A stretch of DNA of 64,000 nucleotides from Eledone cirrhosa (GCA_964016885.1 CAXHJY010000370.1:1-64000); one strand, 5' to 3'; shown: positions 15,653 to 29,495, counted from the stretch's first letter. Made by a program: numbers and translations. The notes: generated by a model not told the origin, from the sequence alone.

Positions 15653-15859
15653 ACAAATCATAAATAAAGAGATAAATAGATAAATTATGTAGGTTCGTTC
15701 ATAAGTAAGATGTGAGCGACATCAGATAAAATATAAACACATTTTTATATAATTTTACATATATATATATAAATAAACTTACTAGCATAGATATTAAGAA
15801 AAAGACTTTGAGGGGAGAGAGAATATACTGGGTTCTCCCGAGGGAGAATATACTGGGTC

Positions 15860-16303
15860 TTTGGAGTAACTTTAGAGTACGTAGCTTTGAGATCAGAGAG
15901 TTGCTCCAGGTAGAGCTGCTACTTCTCCGAATTGAGGGATCACAGCTCCGATACCATGGATATGTGTGGTTTGAATGTCACAGGAAAGAATGTGTATGTA
16001 GCACGGAGATCAGAGTGTCACCCCAGGGAGAGCCGGTACTTCTCCGAATTGAGAGATCACAGCTCTGATACTATGGACATTCTACGGTTAGAATGTCTCA
16101 GGAAAGAATCACTGGACAGATTTTACGGACAAAACCAACCAACAAGAGACCCAGGGGTAGACCCTGAAGAAGATGGTTGGATAACATCCATGAGCTTGGC
16201 TGGTCTCGCTTGAGGATCCAGCCGGATCAGTTGGAGACGGTTGTTTCTGGCAGGGCTCGCTGGAAGGGGTGGTTGAGGACTCTTCCCCCACGATCCTCCC
16301 AGG
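15860..16303 (+). mobile_element. Degraded RTE-type LINE 3' fragment with internal duplication
   Basis: IRELLQVELLLLRIEGSQLRYHGY repeated, followed by RPRGRP..W.D-like sequence; homologous to 18755-19090 and 20793-21200. Confidence 0.7.
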
Positions 16304-16383
16304 ATTTTGCTGTTTTTGCCGAGGTCGCAATCATAAAAATTCATGGCTCGGCCTTCAAATGTTCACAACATTCAGTATACAAT

Positions 16384-16446
<63 letters not shown>

Positions 16447-16447
<1 letters not shown>

Positions 16448-16521
16448 AGGGTGTCTTCAAAAATGTATACACACTTATTAGAATGCTGTTGAAGAGTGTA
16501 TGCAATATTTGGGACACCCTG
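16447..16521. mobile_element. Tc1/mariner-type MITE (75 bp)
   Basis: TA-CAGGGTGTC .. GACACCCTG-TA; same family as 13553. Confidence 0.7.
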
Positions 16522-17149
16522 TATGACCAACACAACTACCACGTCACAACCAACACCGCCACACCACACCACCGCTACCACCTCTACCGTCCACCACACC
16601 ACGCCACTACCAATACCACCACCACCATCACATCACCACCACCACCAAACCACTACTACCACCACACCGTCACACCACCACCACCGTCACACCACCACCA
16701 CCGTCACACCACACCACCGTCACACCACCACCAAACCACTACGACCACCACACTATCACCACCACCAAACCATCGTCACACCACCACCACCACCAAACCA
16801 CTACGACCATCACACCACCACCACACCATCGTCACACCACCACCACCACCAAACCACTACGACCATCACACCACCACCACACCATCGTCACACCACCACC
16901 ACCACCAAACCACTACGATCACCACACCACCACCACCAGGAAATCATTTGTAAATTATCCCTAATTACAGTAGTTTTATTTATATATAGTTGTTTTATCT
17001 TTATTTTACTTGTTCTTCAGATCCTGTTAACCTCATTGACCCCTCCCTGGCCACACTACACCCCCCTACCCCTCCCTGGCCACACTACAACCCCCACTAC
17101 ACATCACTATTTCAACAGACGCACACATACATACACGCTCACACACATA

Positions 17150-17795
17150 CACATATACTTATGTATATATGCGCCCACATCACATACTTATGTATATACA
17201 CGTACACACACATCGTATATACACGTACACACACATCATATACGTATGTATACACGCTCTCTCTCTCACACACACACACACTTATGTATACACGCTCACA
17301 CACACACACGCATCACATACTTATGTATACACGCTCACACACATCACATACTTATGTATACACGCTCACACACATCACATACTTATGTATACACGCTCAC
17401 ACACATCACATACTTATGTATACACGCTCACACACATCACATACTTATGTATACACGCTCACACACATCACATACTTATGTATACACGCTCACACACACA
17501 CACACACATACACATATACTTATGTATAGATGCGACATATATGTACACACACACCACATACTGATGCATACATGCACATATGCGTACACACGCATCAATA
17601 CGCGCCCACACACACTTATGTATACACGCTCAGACATACACACACACATCACATACTTATGTATACACGCTCAGACACACACACACACACACATCACATA
17701 CTTATGTATACACGCTCAGACGCACACACACACATCACATACTTATGTATACACGCTCAGACGCACACACACACATCACATACTTATGTATATAC
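17150..17795. repeat. About 31-bp minisatellite (cacatcacatacttatgtatacacgctcaca)
   Basis: More than 10 units. Confidence 0.9.
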
Positions 17796-17919
17796 GCGCC
17801 CACATACACACTAAAAAGTACGGCTGTCATATATATGACTTGGTGGCATGTACCAAGCTTTCACACACACACACACACACACACATATATACATACATAT
17901 AGATATATATTTTTTTTGA

Positions 17920-18130
17920 ATGATCAACTTTCGTCAAATCGGACCGAGGAAACAATGTTTCCGTTGGTCTTTCCAATTGCTAATACAATCTATCGGTCGC
18001 AACTCCATGTAGAAGGAGCAACGTGAAAATAAAGTGTCTTGCTCAAGGACATAACACATCACCTGGTCCAGGAATTGAACTCACAACCTTACGATTGCGA
18101 ATCCTATTCTCTAACCACTCAGCCACGCAC
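17920..18130 (-). mobile_element. CORE-type SINE family B
   Basis: Reverse complement of the 13368 element. Confidence 0.7.
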
Positions 18131-18212
18131 CTGTTATAGACATGAGTGGTGTGGTGTGGTGTGGTGTGGTGTGGTGTGGTGTGGTGTGGTGTGGTGTGGT
18201 GTGGTGTGGTGT

Positions 18213-18245
<33 letters not shown>

Positions 18246-18457
18246 TGGTAGCTAAGATGCTTCTATAGGCGGTATGCCTATATGATAGAATATTCTATTA
18301 TATATCACAAAGAAAGTGTGGTAAGAAACCAGGTGGACCATAACGCTCCAGAGTACTTGGTACTTAGAGTAGTAGGAAAAGTTCGGATCTAGCTGTCGAA
18401 ACGGCCGGAGCTCAGCCGTCGGGGTCCTGACTCTTTTCCTCTCTCGTTCTTTCTCTG

Positions 18458-18504
<47 letters not shown>

Positions 18505-18754
18505 AAATGATATGTAAGGTTAAACAACAGGGCCGGACCTTCACCTACTGAAACCCTACCCTAAGCTATATGAAATTTGAAGGCCCCCCCCCCCCCCCCC
18601 CGTACCTGGAATGCCTTTGGTCGGTCACAGGCCCGCTCCATCAATAGGGGTTTCCCTGGGACTAAACAACCCCATTAACAACAAAGAATGGGTTTTATTT
18701 TAGACAGAAGGACAGTGATTTCGAAGGCCTAAATGGGGTTCCTTGGAAGGGTCT

Positions 18755-19090
18755 TTGGTGTAATGTTACTCGATAGAATGACTCGGAGATCAGAGAGTAG
18801 CTCCAGGTAGAGCTATAACTTCTCCCAATTGACAAGAGATCACAGCCCCGAAACTACGGACATATGGTCAGAATTGCTAGACAGATTTTACAGGCAAAAC
18901 CAGCCGGCAGTAGACCCCTGGGGTAGACCCCAGACAAGGATGGTTAGATGACATCCACGAGCTCGGTGGGTTTCGCTTGTAGATCCAACCGGATCATTTG
19001 GAGACGGTTACTTCTAATAGGATCCTTTGGAGGGTGTGTTGAGGACTGGAGGGTGTGTTGAGGACTTTGCTCCCACGGCCCTCCCAGGAA
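18755..19090 (+). mobile_element. Degraded RTE-type LINE 3' fragment
   Basis: Nucleotide similarity to 15860-16303 (gagatcagagagtagctccaggtagag..ggtagaccc..gatggtt..ctcccacg..ctcccagga), then GAA repeats. Confidence 0.65.
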
Positions 19091-19119
19091 GAAGAAAAAA
19101 GAAAGAAAAGAAAAAATGG

Positions 19120-19535
19120 CCCGTAATTTGAGGGGGTGATTACATCAATCCCAGTACTTAGCTGGTACTTTATTTTATCGACCCCTGGAAGAGAGTTCAA
19201 GTTGATCATAGCAGGATTTGAACTCAAAACATAAAGGACCATAACTAAATATAAATACCACGAATCATTTTCTCCGATGCTCTACCGATTCTGTCAATCA
19301 TGATAATATCAAGACAAGCATAAATAGACGTTAAATGGTGATGATGATGATGATATAAATAAGTTCTTATGTATATAAGATAAAGATAAATGCAAATAGT
19401 AATAATTGTTTCTATTTTTGGCACAAGGCCAGCAATTACCCAGTGCATTACTGGTACTTTATTTTATCGACCGCGTAAGGATGAAAGGCAAAGTCAACCT
19501 CGGCGGGATTTGAACTCAGACCATAAAGAGCCATA
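19120..19535 (-). mobile_element. Two SINE family A copies
   Basis: Consensus motifs at 19120-19300 and 19402-19535. Confidence 0.75.
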
Positions 19536-20792
19536 ATGATAGCCATAATGACAACAATAACATCAGCAACAATAATAACAATAATAACAATGCCAACGAC
19601 ACAACGACAAAAACAACTATAACAACAATAACACGACAACAACAACAATGACAACAACACCAACAACAACATCAATAACACCAACAACAACACCAACAAC
19701 AACACTAGACCAACAACAACACCAACAATACTACAACAACACCAACAACACTAGACCAACACCAACAACACTACAACAACGACACCAACACCACCAACGA
19801 CAACAACAACAACGACAACGACAACAACGACACCAACAACACCAACAACAACAACACCACCAACGACACCAACAACACCACCAACGACACCAACACCAAC
19901 AACAACACCAACACCAACAACAACACCAACACCAACACCAACGACACCAACAACACCAACGACACCAACAACACCACCAACACCACCAACAACAACGACA
20001 CCAACTACAACACCAACAACAACAACAACAACAACTACAACACCAACAACACCAACAACGACACCAACAACAACAACAACGACAACGACACTAACAACAA
20101 CGACACCAACAACACCAACAACAACACCAACAACACCAACACCAACGACACCAACATCAACAACATCAAACACGTGCTTGTTGAGAAGTTGACCCACATT
20201 TTTTTTACGACTTTCAAGAATTCCGTACTTCCTTACGTCATCGGATATTTCTACTGTGAAGTAACTATTACGTCTGACGACAGCGCCCCCTACACTACTA
20301 CTTCTCTGTAGTGACGTCATACTTGATGGAAATCCGTCAGTTGTGCATGTACGTGACATTCTCTGTTCAAGTGCCTGCGCATTCTTAAATGAGCCTGGAA
20401 CCCTTAAACGAGCGTTTTTTCGGGGTGGTGGTGGTGGGGTGGATATTGTACACTGTTCAAGTGGCTGCGCATTCTACATAGACACGTGAAACCCTTAAAC
20501 GTAGCGTTTTGTTTTGTTGTTGTTGTTTTTTTGTGGTGGTGGTGGTGGCTTTAGTGATGGTGGGGTGGAGGTTGATTCGGGGGTGAAATTGTATGTATGT
20601 ATGTGTGTCTGAGGGGTGACAAGGCTGGTTGTAGTCATATGTACCCTTGATGTCCTTCTCGGGTCGGGGATATTCGGCGTCCTGTCCAGGGAAGGGAGTG
20701 ATGGGAAACTGTTGTACTCTCAGTCGCTTAACACCAAAGAAACCGAGATAAGTCCCGACCTGATAGGCTTCGGGTCTTGGGACATAATTCAC

Positions 20793-21200
20793 CTTCTTCT
20801 TCGCCCACCTATTCCTGTAAGGGTCGTGGGGGCAGAGTCCTCAAACACTCCTTCCAGTCGATCCTGTCAGAAGCAACCCTCTCCAGCTGATCCGGCTGAA
20901 TCCCCAAGCGAGACCAGTCAAGCTCATGGATGTTATCCAACCATCTTTGTCAGTGTTTACTCCTGGATCTCCTGCCAGTTGGTTTTGCCCCTAAAATATG
21001 TCCAACTATTCTTTGCTGAGACATTCTAACCACCTACCTATCGGAGTATCTATCGTAGTATCTATTCTAACCACGTACCTGTAGTATCTATCGGAGCTCT
21101 GATCTCTCAGAAGTAGGGGCTCTACCTGGAGTGATTCTCTCATCTCCGAGCAAAACCACTTTATCGAGTAACGTTACTCCAAAGACCCTTCGGAGGAACC
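20793..21200 (-). mobile_element. Degraded RTE-type LINE 3' fragment
   Basis: Reverse complement of the same family (agctcatggatgttatccaaccatct, tctacctggag, ctctgatctc). Confidence 0.65.
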
Positions 21201-21662
21201 CATTTTTTAAAAAATTAATTCATGATCCAAGCACCAACTTAACCGTTTTAATATTAAATCGATCGAACAGTTTATTTTCAAATATTTATATTTATCTAAA
21301 AACATTCCATCACAATTTTACGAAAGATATCGAAGTTTTGCATACAACACGAAACATTTTAAAATGTTTATGAAAGATGTCCCAAGTTTTTCGTATAATA
21401 CAAGTGTTTATATTTATCTAAAAATCTCTTATCAATTTTATGTAACAAGTTTATGTATTTATATTAACAACTGTAGCGATTCGCATTTTTTACCCAGATA
21501 AAAGACTAACAGTCAATCCTATTGGCTGCTAAATCGACCAATAGAATTCTTTGGCGTACTTTTTCAAGTAATTGAGATTGAACCCGGAATTTGTAATTGT
21601 GAAGCGAACGAAATTCATAATCACCCAGTCACGCTTAAACCCATAATTATGTTTAATATCTA

Positions 21663-21776
21663 AGTTCAAATCCCGCCGAGGTTTACTTTGCCTTTCATTC
21701 TTACGGGGTCGATAAAATAAAATACCAGTGATACACTGATTAATTGCTGGCCTTGTGCCCAAAGTAGAAACAATTA
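21663..21776 (+). mobile_element. SINE family A (5'-truncated)
   Basis: B-box through tail. Confidence 0.8.
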
Positions 21777-21973
21777 TTATTTAATATCTAACTTCAATAT
21801 AGGCATTAAATTTGTTGAATGTAACAGCCAAATATCTCTTAATGAAATACACAAAAGCATATCCATTATAAAACAGAGGTCGTTGACATTAAATTGCCTC
21901 AATGTGAGTGAGTGTCCGTGAAACATATACAGGGTGGTCCACTCAATGTGAGTGAGTGTCCGTGAAACATATA

Positions 21974-22173
21974 CAGGGTGGTCCAACACAGTGGTTTTAG
22001 TTTTTATTAACTTCCTGAATTGTACATATTGATGTATAGAATTTTGATTCAACTTAAAGGCCATAATGGAAATTATTTTGCACAATCCTTATCACATCTC
22101 TACATTACTTATGACAAGTTACATCTTTCAAACAGAGGCCATGCGACCCCTGTGTCACTTTTGGGCCACCCTA
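21974..22173. mobile_element. Tc1/mariner-type MITE
   Basis: TA-CAGGGTGGTCCAA .. TTGGGCCACCCTA-TA TIRs; left end lies inside a 45-bp tandem duplication (about 21900-21985). Confidence 0.6.
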
Positions 22174-22261
22174 TATATATATCAGATCCGAACATATTAT
22201 GAACAAATGGGGGCCCACGCGCTGGCTGCCCCGCGGCCCCGGCGGATAGAATAGTAGACAA

Positions 22262-22482
22262 ATGATTTCCACTTTAGGTACAAGGTCAATAATTTGGAGG
22301 AGAAGGGAAAAATCCGATTAAATCGACCCCAGTACTTGAGTACTTTATTTTATCGACCACCGAAACAATGAAAGGTAAAGTTGACAGCGGCGGGGTTCGA
22401 ACTCAGGGCGTGAAGAGCTGGAATAAATGCCGCAATGCTTTTTGTCTGACGCTCTACCGAGTTTGCTAATTTACTCCGCCCC
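22262..22482 (-). mobile_element. SINE family A (older subfamily)
   Basis: Diverged consensus. Confidence 0.75.
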
Positions 22483-23088
22483 TATTAGAACTAATGGCTG
22501 CAATGGGGCCCTGAAACCTTGGCTTTCAGGTATTTCGAAGAGGGCGGGGTCCGGCACTTCAATATTTCACGACACTACAACACACACACACACACATGAT
22601 GGTGTCCGAGTAGACATCAGCCGTGTCAACCTTATGAATAAATAATACTTGTCCTGGTTTGTAATGAGGGGGTGAGGGGTGAACTATTGGTGAGCTATGC
22701 TTAAGGGCATCAGTTGATTTTAATCCTGCCGAGCGTGTATATATTATATGACCCAACGAGAGAGCCTCTATATAGTTATACCACCAGCTAGAAATACCAG
22801 CCAAACATCTCACTGTTACCCCCCCCCCTCTCCTCCTCAATACAGTATGTCTGAAGAAAATACGATGGCCTGTTTTACCATAAAGCGATAAAAAGATAGA
22901 TAGATAGATAGATAACAAAGAAGGCGTGGTAAGATACCAGGTGGACCATAATGCACCAGAGTACTCAATACTTAGGGTAGTAGAGTGGGTAATAGGAAAA
23001 GAGTCAGGACCCCGACGGCTGAGCCTCGGCCGTTTCGACAGCAAGATCCGAACAGTTCAGATAGATAGACGACTAGGGCACATTATTA

Positions 23089-23498
23089 TTAACTTTGCCT
23101 TTCATCCTTACGGGGTCGATAAAATATAAAGTACCAGTAATGCACTGGGTAATTGCAGGCCTTGTGCCAAAAGTAGAAACAATTATCTTAGTAATAGGAT
23201 AAAAGGATAACAATCCCATAACTTCTTGTGGAGTCGTAGAGGCACCGTCAAACGACCTATCTAGGGAACTTTAAAACCTGGTGGAGCCCAACCCTCTCCA
23301 GGTCTGAACACAACTGATATTTCTATAGTGGAAAAATCGACCCCAATATTGGACTGGCACTTTTTTTTTATCGACCTCGAAAGGATGAAAGGCAAAGTTG
23401 ACTCAGGTGGGATTTGAACTCAGAGCATGCAATGAGGTGAGACGAATACCGCAAAGCATTTTGTCTGACGTCTTAACGACTCTACCAATTCGCCGCCT
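23089..23498. mobile_element. SINE family A fragments (plus 23089-23185, minus 23330-23498)
   Basis: Consensus motifs. Confidence 0.7.
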
Positions 23499-23555
23499 AT
23501 AGTTTATTAGTAATACAGTACTTAATCTGGCAACCGGTTTAAGGTTTAACTTCTA

Positions 23556-23695
23556 CCCCACCCACTTGGGTCCCTGGATGACTGACTTTAGAGGTAGAGT
23601 TACCCCACCCACTTGGGTCCCTGGATGACTGACTTTAGAGGTAGAGTTACCCCACCCACTTGGGTCCCTGGATGACTGACTTTAGAGGTAGAGTT
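23556..23695. repeat. 47-bp tandem repeat x3
   Basis: cccacttgggtccctggatgactgactttagaggtagagtt at 23561, 23608 and 23655. Confidence 0.95.
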
Positions 23696-24628
23696 CATTC
23701 GTTCTGTTGCAAGTATTCGGACGAGTAACCTGGTAACGAATTCACCTTCCACTTTCTCTCCTCCTCCTCCTATCAGTCTCGGAAATGCACTGGAAAAGGG
23801 TCATATGAACTGCCCTCCCTGCCCCCCTCCACTATCATTGACTAAACAGTAGGTGGTGCGGGGGTAGGGGGGGGGGGGGGTTCCAACTTGATAATCGATC
23901 CCGATGTCGTTGATTTGCTAGGCTGGGTTGGTTTTACTGCTCGTGTATTGATACAGAAGCAGAAAACGTGATGACAAGAGAGAGATGAAAGAGGGAGAGT
24001 GAGAGAGAGAGAGAGATGAAAGAGGGAGAGAGATGAAAGAGAGAGGGAGAGAGAGAGAGATGAAAGAGGGAGAGTGAGAGAGAGAGAGAGATGAAAGAGG
24101 GAGAGAGATGAAAGAGAGAGGGAGAGAGAGAGAGATGAAAGAGAGAGGGGGAGAGAGAGAGGGGCTAAACGGGGGATGGGGAAACGGGGGAAGGGAGGGG
24201 GAGATAGAGAGGAGGAGAGAGCGAGAGATAGAGAGGAGGAGAGAGCGAGAGAAAGAGAGGAGAGAGGGGGAGAGCGAGGGAGAGAGAGGGGGGAGCGAGG
24301 GAGAGAGAGCAAATGAGAGAGAGGGGGAGGGGGGAGCAAGAGAGGGAGAAGAGAGCAAAAGAGAGATAGAGAGAGATAGAGGGGGGAATTTAGGTGGTGA
24401 ATGGAGGAAGACAGAGTGAGCCATATGAGGGGTAGCTGAGAGGAGAAAGAAAGAGAGAGAGATGAGGCGGGGGTAATGTGAGGAGGTGATGAGGCAAAGA
24501 TTAAACTGATATAGAGACATAAGCATACGGATCATCAAACACACACATTATATATATATAAATATATCTACTACCGTGACTGGATCTTAACCATCTACTT
24601 TGTCAGGGTATGTCATGTATCATCTTAC

Positions 24629-24689
24629 TTTATCTGATGAGGACGTACTGTTGAAGTTAGCTCAGTACCTCTGAAATATGTATAATAAA
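24629..24689 (+). ncRNA. Minimal type I hammerhead ribozyme
   Basis: TTTAT CTGATGA GGACGTACTG..CAGTACCTCT GAAA TATGTA TA ATAAA; family also at 36443, 58251 and 58385. Confidence 0.75.
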
Positions 24690-25082
24690 ATATAAATATA
24701 CTTGATCACAATGAAGTTCTATTTTTGTTAATACTTTGAATCAATATTAATAACTCCGGAAAACCATTACTGTTGAGTGCATCCAATCTATTGTAAAACT
24801 AATTCTTTGATTTATTCATCGAACCTTGTTTAACCTTTAAATATATATGACTAGCAGATATATACATTAGTATATTAGTGTTTAACCAACGAATACTGGG
24901 TATTAGCATCATTTGTGTCTTAAGGTTCATGAAGGTAAATTTTCGACACCGAGCTAAAATTAAAATCGATGGACAAGGAAAGGAATTTATTTTCGAGAAG
25001 GACTTACTTTGAAAGAGCACCGGTTTTTCGCCGATGTAATTTTTTTCTTACATGTTTGTAAACATGTTTGTAAACATGTTTT

Positions 25083-25240
25083 AGGCGGCGAATTGACACA
25101 GTTGTTAGAATGTCAGATAGAATGCTTTGTGGTATTTGTTTCGACATTCTTCTCTCTCTGAGTTCAAATCCCACCGAGGTTAACTTTGCCTTTCATCCTT
25201 TTGAGGTCGATAAAAAAGTACCAGTCTTGTACTGGAGTCG
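25083..25240 (+). mobile_element. SINE family A (diverged)
   Basis: ggcggcgaattgac..gagttcaaatcccaccgagg..gtcgataaaaaagtaccag. Confidence 0.75.
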
Positions 25241-26709
25241 ATTCTTCTTCCTTTCTATCTCTACCTCACTTCCATTGTCTCACCCCCCTCTATCTTTTCT
25301 CTGGGAGAAAGCTACTCTATTCGGACCTGGAGAATGAGATGGGTTCCAGCAGATCTTTCAAAAAGGTCTAGAAACACCGTATGTCAATACGGTGCCCCAA
25401 CGACTCCCCCGGGACTTACGAGACTCTACGTACAAAACACATAACACACGTTTTGTAAATGCATTACCATACAGAGGACTAATATTGTTGTATATATATA
25501 TATATATATATATACAAGTGGAAGCTTAGTAAAATCGAAGCTTTGGCTGTGGCCAAGCAAAGTCGACCTACAATAAGGAATGAGTAGCAAAGCACTCAAT
25601 AAGGGTAGGTCCTTAGAGTAATAACATTACGTTTAAATAGCTTGACAAATTGAACATTGCGGTAGGCAAAACCCAAACATACAATACCAAAGTAACGAAA
25701 GAACCAATCAGATATATATATATATATATATATACTCAATCATCTATCAGTGGGCCCGGAACTTCGGATGAAGTGGCAGGGGCGCCATCGTAACATGAAC
25801 ATCTATAGCTGGTAGAGCCCATCTCGCCCCAGGTCTGACCGCAGCATGTTCCCAAGAGAGTGAGTGAGAGAGCAGGAGAGAGAGAGTGAGTGAGAGAGCG
25901 AGTGGGAGAGAGAGAGTGGGAGAGAGAGAGTGGGAGAGAGAGAGTGAGTGAGAGCGCGAGAGAGAGAGAGAAATGAATACGACATCAAAACAAACAGGAT
26001 GCTCTATACGGTCTTTCGACCTGCTAGAAATAGCAACCAGAAATTCTTCGCCCTGATATCCTACCGTCACGTAAAAAAAAAAGTAAAAAAAAAAAGGGGG
26101 ACAGTATCTTGTCCGAATAATGTATGTAATCCCTGCAAATAAACTATCCCTAAAAACATGACGAGGTAGTCACGGCTGGAATGCGTTTGAGCATAGGTAA
26201 ATTAGTAGAAGTACTAGCGAATCGGACGAAATGCCTTTCGCCATAAATTTCGGCTATTTGCCTTTTAAGTATTCGAATGGCTTTTCATTCTTTGCGTGGG
26301 TCGATAAAATAAAATTAGCAGTCCAGGGTGAAGGTTCTGAGTTCAAATCCCGCCGTAGTCAACTTTAATCTGTCGTCCGGTTTAGCAACCATCGCATCTG
26401 TGAACACGGATATGTTTTTACTAAGTTCACTCTGTTGTAAGCATTCAAGTCAGGTCTCTCCGGATTTAAGGATCTCTCTCTCCTAGCAGTTTCGGATACC
26501 CGGAGAACATTTCTAAGTACATCCCCCGTTCCCTCCCAGCCAGAATAAGACAATAAAAAACAAATTCAGGCTTGACCAAGTATACGGACAGAACATTAAA
26601 ATGAAAACGAAGAGAGAAATATATGCCCCAGGGTGGTCACAGCCCACTGACAGAAATTAGGGACGAAGATAAAAAGAAAAAGACAGAAAAAATAATATGT
26701 AGGGTTTAC

Positions 26710-27223
26710 CTTTTCCTTGGCCGAGTTTCTCGGTTATAAAAGTGCTCGCTTTGTTCGTAAAAAGATCCGGGTTGGAGATAAAGGCATCCCTGAAATTGTT
26801 GTAACCATTCAGAAAGATAAGCATCTTGTTACCCACGTGTAGACTGAAGATGTCACCGTATCGTTTGCGCAACTGAGCCAGCACTTCGGCCAGGTCGGAG
26901 CTGGAAAAGAGCACGGTGCTGCCGACGATCGGAATACGGGGAGGACCTGGTGGCAAACCCTCCAGCCGCTGTTTCCACACGCTGAGCAGCAGGCCTAGTG
27001 TGCCCAGGAATATAATGAGCGTGGTGAGATCGGGCGGTGTAAGGAAGATAGAGTGGATCTGCGAAGATTCGACCAGAGGTTCCATACTGGTCTGGGCGGC
27101 AGCGGAGCTACTACTGCTCACGATGCTTGCGATGAAGGCGATGTTGGGCGCTGGTGACGAAGTGTCGTCAACAGCAGTTGCCACTGGCTGTTGTGGAGCG
27201 GGTGACACACTCGTGTTGTACAT
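26710..27223 (-). CDS. Cytochrome P450 (clan 2, CYP2-like), first coding exon
   Basis: Translation gives an N-terminal TM anchor (LIIFLGTLGLLLSVW), Pro hinge LPPGPPRIPIVG, then LRKRYGDIFSLHVG..IFLNGY..RDAF. It ends at a GT donor (AAG|GTAAAC, last exon base 26710). Start is ATG 27223 or 27085; possible acceptor ATAG|G at 27310. Confidence 0.9.
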
Positions 27224-27348
27224 ATATAGGGCCGTGTGGGAAAAAATACTCAACGGAACAACAAAACCTGTACCGGTTCTGTTCGAATGTCTATCGTTTT
27301 CACGGAACACCTATATGCGAGTGAGCTTGTAACTATCTATATAATATT

Positions 27349-27379
<31 letters not shown>

Positions 27380-27643
27380 AAACAGTGAGAATTTTTACCA
27401 AACGTGTGCGTGTACAACACTTGTATAAAGTTAATTTAATTTTTTTTTATATATAGCTTTTATATATAATGTACGATCTGCATACACCTAGTTTTCACTA
27501 ACGGTACGTTTGTATATAAGTTGTTTTCAACATGTGTATATATATATATTTATACAGTGTGAGAGTTTTTTCTTCGATCGCTTTGCACCGAATGAATGTG
27601 ATGTATGTATATTGTTTATTTTCAGCGACTGTCAGCGCGTGCT

Positions 27644-27687
<44 letters not shown>

Positions 27688-28234
27688 AATATAAAGTTTG
27701 GTTTCAACGAATGTTCTCTGCGTATTCTTTCGACAAGGTAAATATATATAATTTATATATATATATATATATATTTATTATATATAATATATATATATAG
27801 TTATTATATATATATATATACGAGTCTCTAAGAGTGAGTGAACAGCTTGTATGATTCGGTTGATGATTTATCCTGATAGAAAACTTTTCAATAAAGTTTC
27901 CCAACTGCAGCCGGACGGGTGTTCGGAGATGTGAGAGTAACGAAGTGGTTAGGATAGGAAATGAATCGTGGAGTGAACAAGTTAGAGAATAACTCCTGTT
28001 TATAAAGCAACGAGGACTGATGTGGTGGGAGGGTTAGAGAGAGGGATGATGGTGGGGCGGACAGATAAGAAATAAAGATAAATAGAAATATACATGTGTA
28101 TGTATGTATGTGTAAATGTATGTATGTATGTATGTATGTGTAAATGTATGTATGTATGTGTAAATGTATGTATGTATGTATGTATGTATGTATGTATGTA
28201 TGTATGTATGTATGTATGTATGTACGTACGTACG

Positions 28235-28273
<39 letters not shown>

Positions 28274-28379
28274 TTACAGAGGGGTGATGGTGGGCGAGGG
28301 AAAGGAGGAGGATATGATAAAGATAGAGAAAAACACAGAGGGGAGGGGTAAAGTGTTAAGAGAGAAAGAGGAGGCGGTG

Positions 28380-29070
28380 TTAGTGATGATACTAGTGGTG
28401 GTGGTGGTGGTAGTGGTGGTAGTGGTGTTGGTGGTGATGTTAGTGGTGGGGGTGGTGTTCGTGTCGATGGTGGTGTTGATGTGGTAGTGTTTGTGGTAGT
28501 GGTGGTGATGATCGTAGTGGTGGTGGGGGTGTTGGTGTCGGTGTTGATGGTTGTGTTGGTGTTGGTGGTAGTGGTGGAGGTGGTGTTGGTGTCGATGGTG
28601 GTGGTGGAGGTGGTGTTGGTGGTAGTGGTGGAGGTGGTGTTGGTGGTAGTGGTGGAGGTGGTGTTGATGGAGGTGGTGTTGGTGGTGTTGGTGGAGGTGG
28701 TGTTGGTGGTAGTGGTGGAGGTGGTGTTGGTGGTAGTAGTGGAGGTGGTGTTGGTGGTAGTGGTGGAGGTGGTGTTGGTGGTAGTGGTGGAGGTGGTGTT
28801 GGTGGAGGTGGTGTTGGTGGTAGTGGTGGAGGTGGTGTTGGTGGTAGTAGTGGAGGTGGTGTTGGTGGTAGTGGTGGTGGTAGTGGTGGTGGTGGTGGTG
28901 TTGGTGTCGATGGTGGTGGTGTTGTGTTGGTGGCGGTGGCGGTGTTGGTGTCGGTGGTGTAGGTGTTGTTGTTGGTGTATGATGGTCATGGTAGTGATGG
29001 TGGGTGTGTTGGTGATAGTGTTGGTGTTGGTGGTGGTCGTCGTAGTAGCAGTGGTGGTGGTATAGGTGGC

Positions 29071-29108
<38 letters not shown>

Positions 29109-29495
29109 TGGTAGTAGTAGTAGTGGTGGTGGTAATGGTAGTGGTAGTAGTGGTAGTGGTAGTAGTAGTGGTAGTGGTAGTAGTGGTAGTGGTAGTGGTA
29201 GTAGTAGTGGTAGTAGTAGTAGTAGTAGTAGTGGTAGTAGTAGTAGTGGTAGTGGTAGTAGTAGTAGTAGTGGTGGTAATGGTAGTGGTAGTAGTGGTAG
29301 TGGTAGTAGTAGTGGTAGTGGTAGTAGTGGTAGTGGTAGTAGTAGTGGTAGTAGTAGTAGTAGTAGTGGTAGTAGTAGTGGTGGTGGTAGTAGTAGCGGT
29401 GGTATAGGTGGCGGTGGTAGTAGTAGTGGTGGCGGTGGTAGTAGTAGTAGTGGTAGTGGTAGTGGTAGTGGTGGTGGTAGTAGTAGTGGTGGTAA
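28380..29495. repeat. (GGT/AGT)n trinucleotide mosaic
   Basis: Direct inspection; similar tracts at 19540-20165, 31140-31710, 31920-32490 and 44290-44910. Confidence 0.95.
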
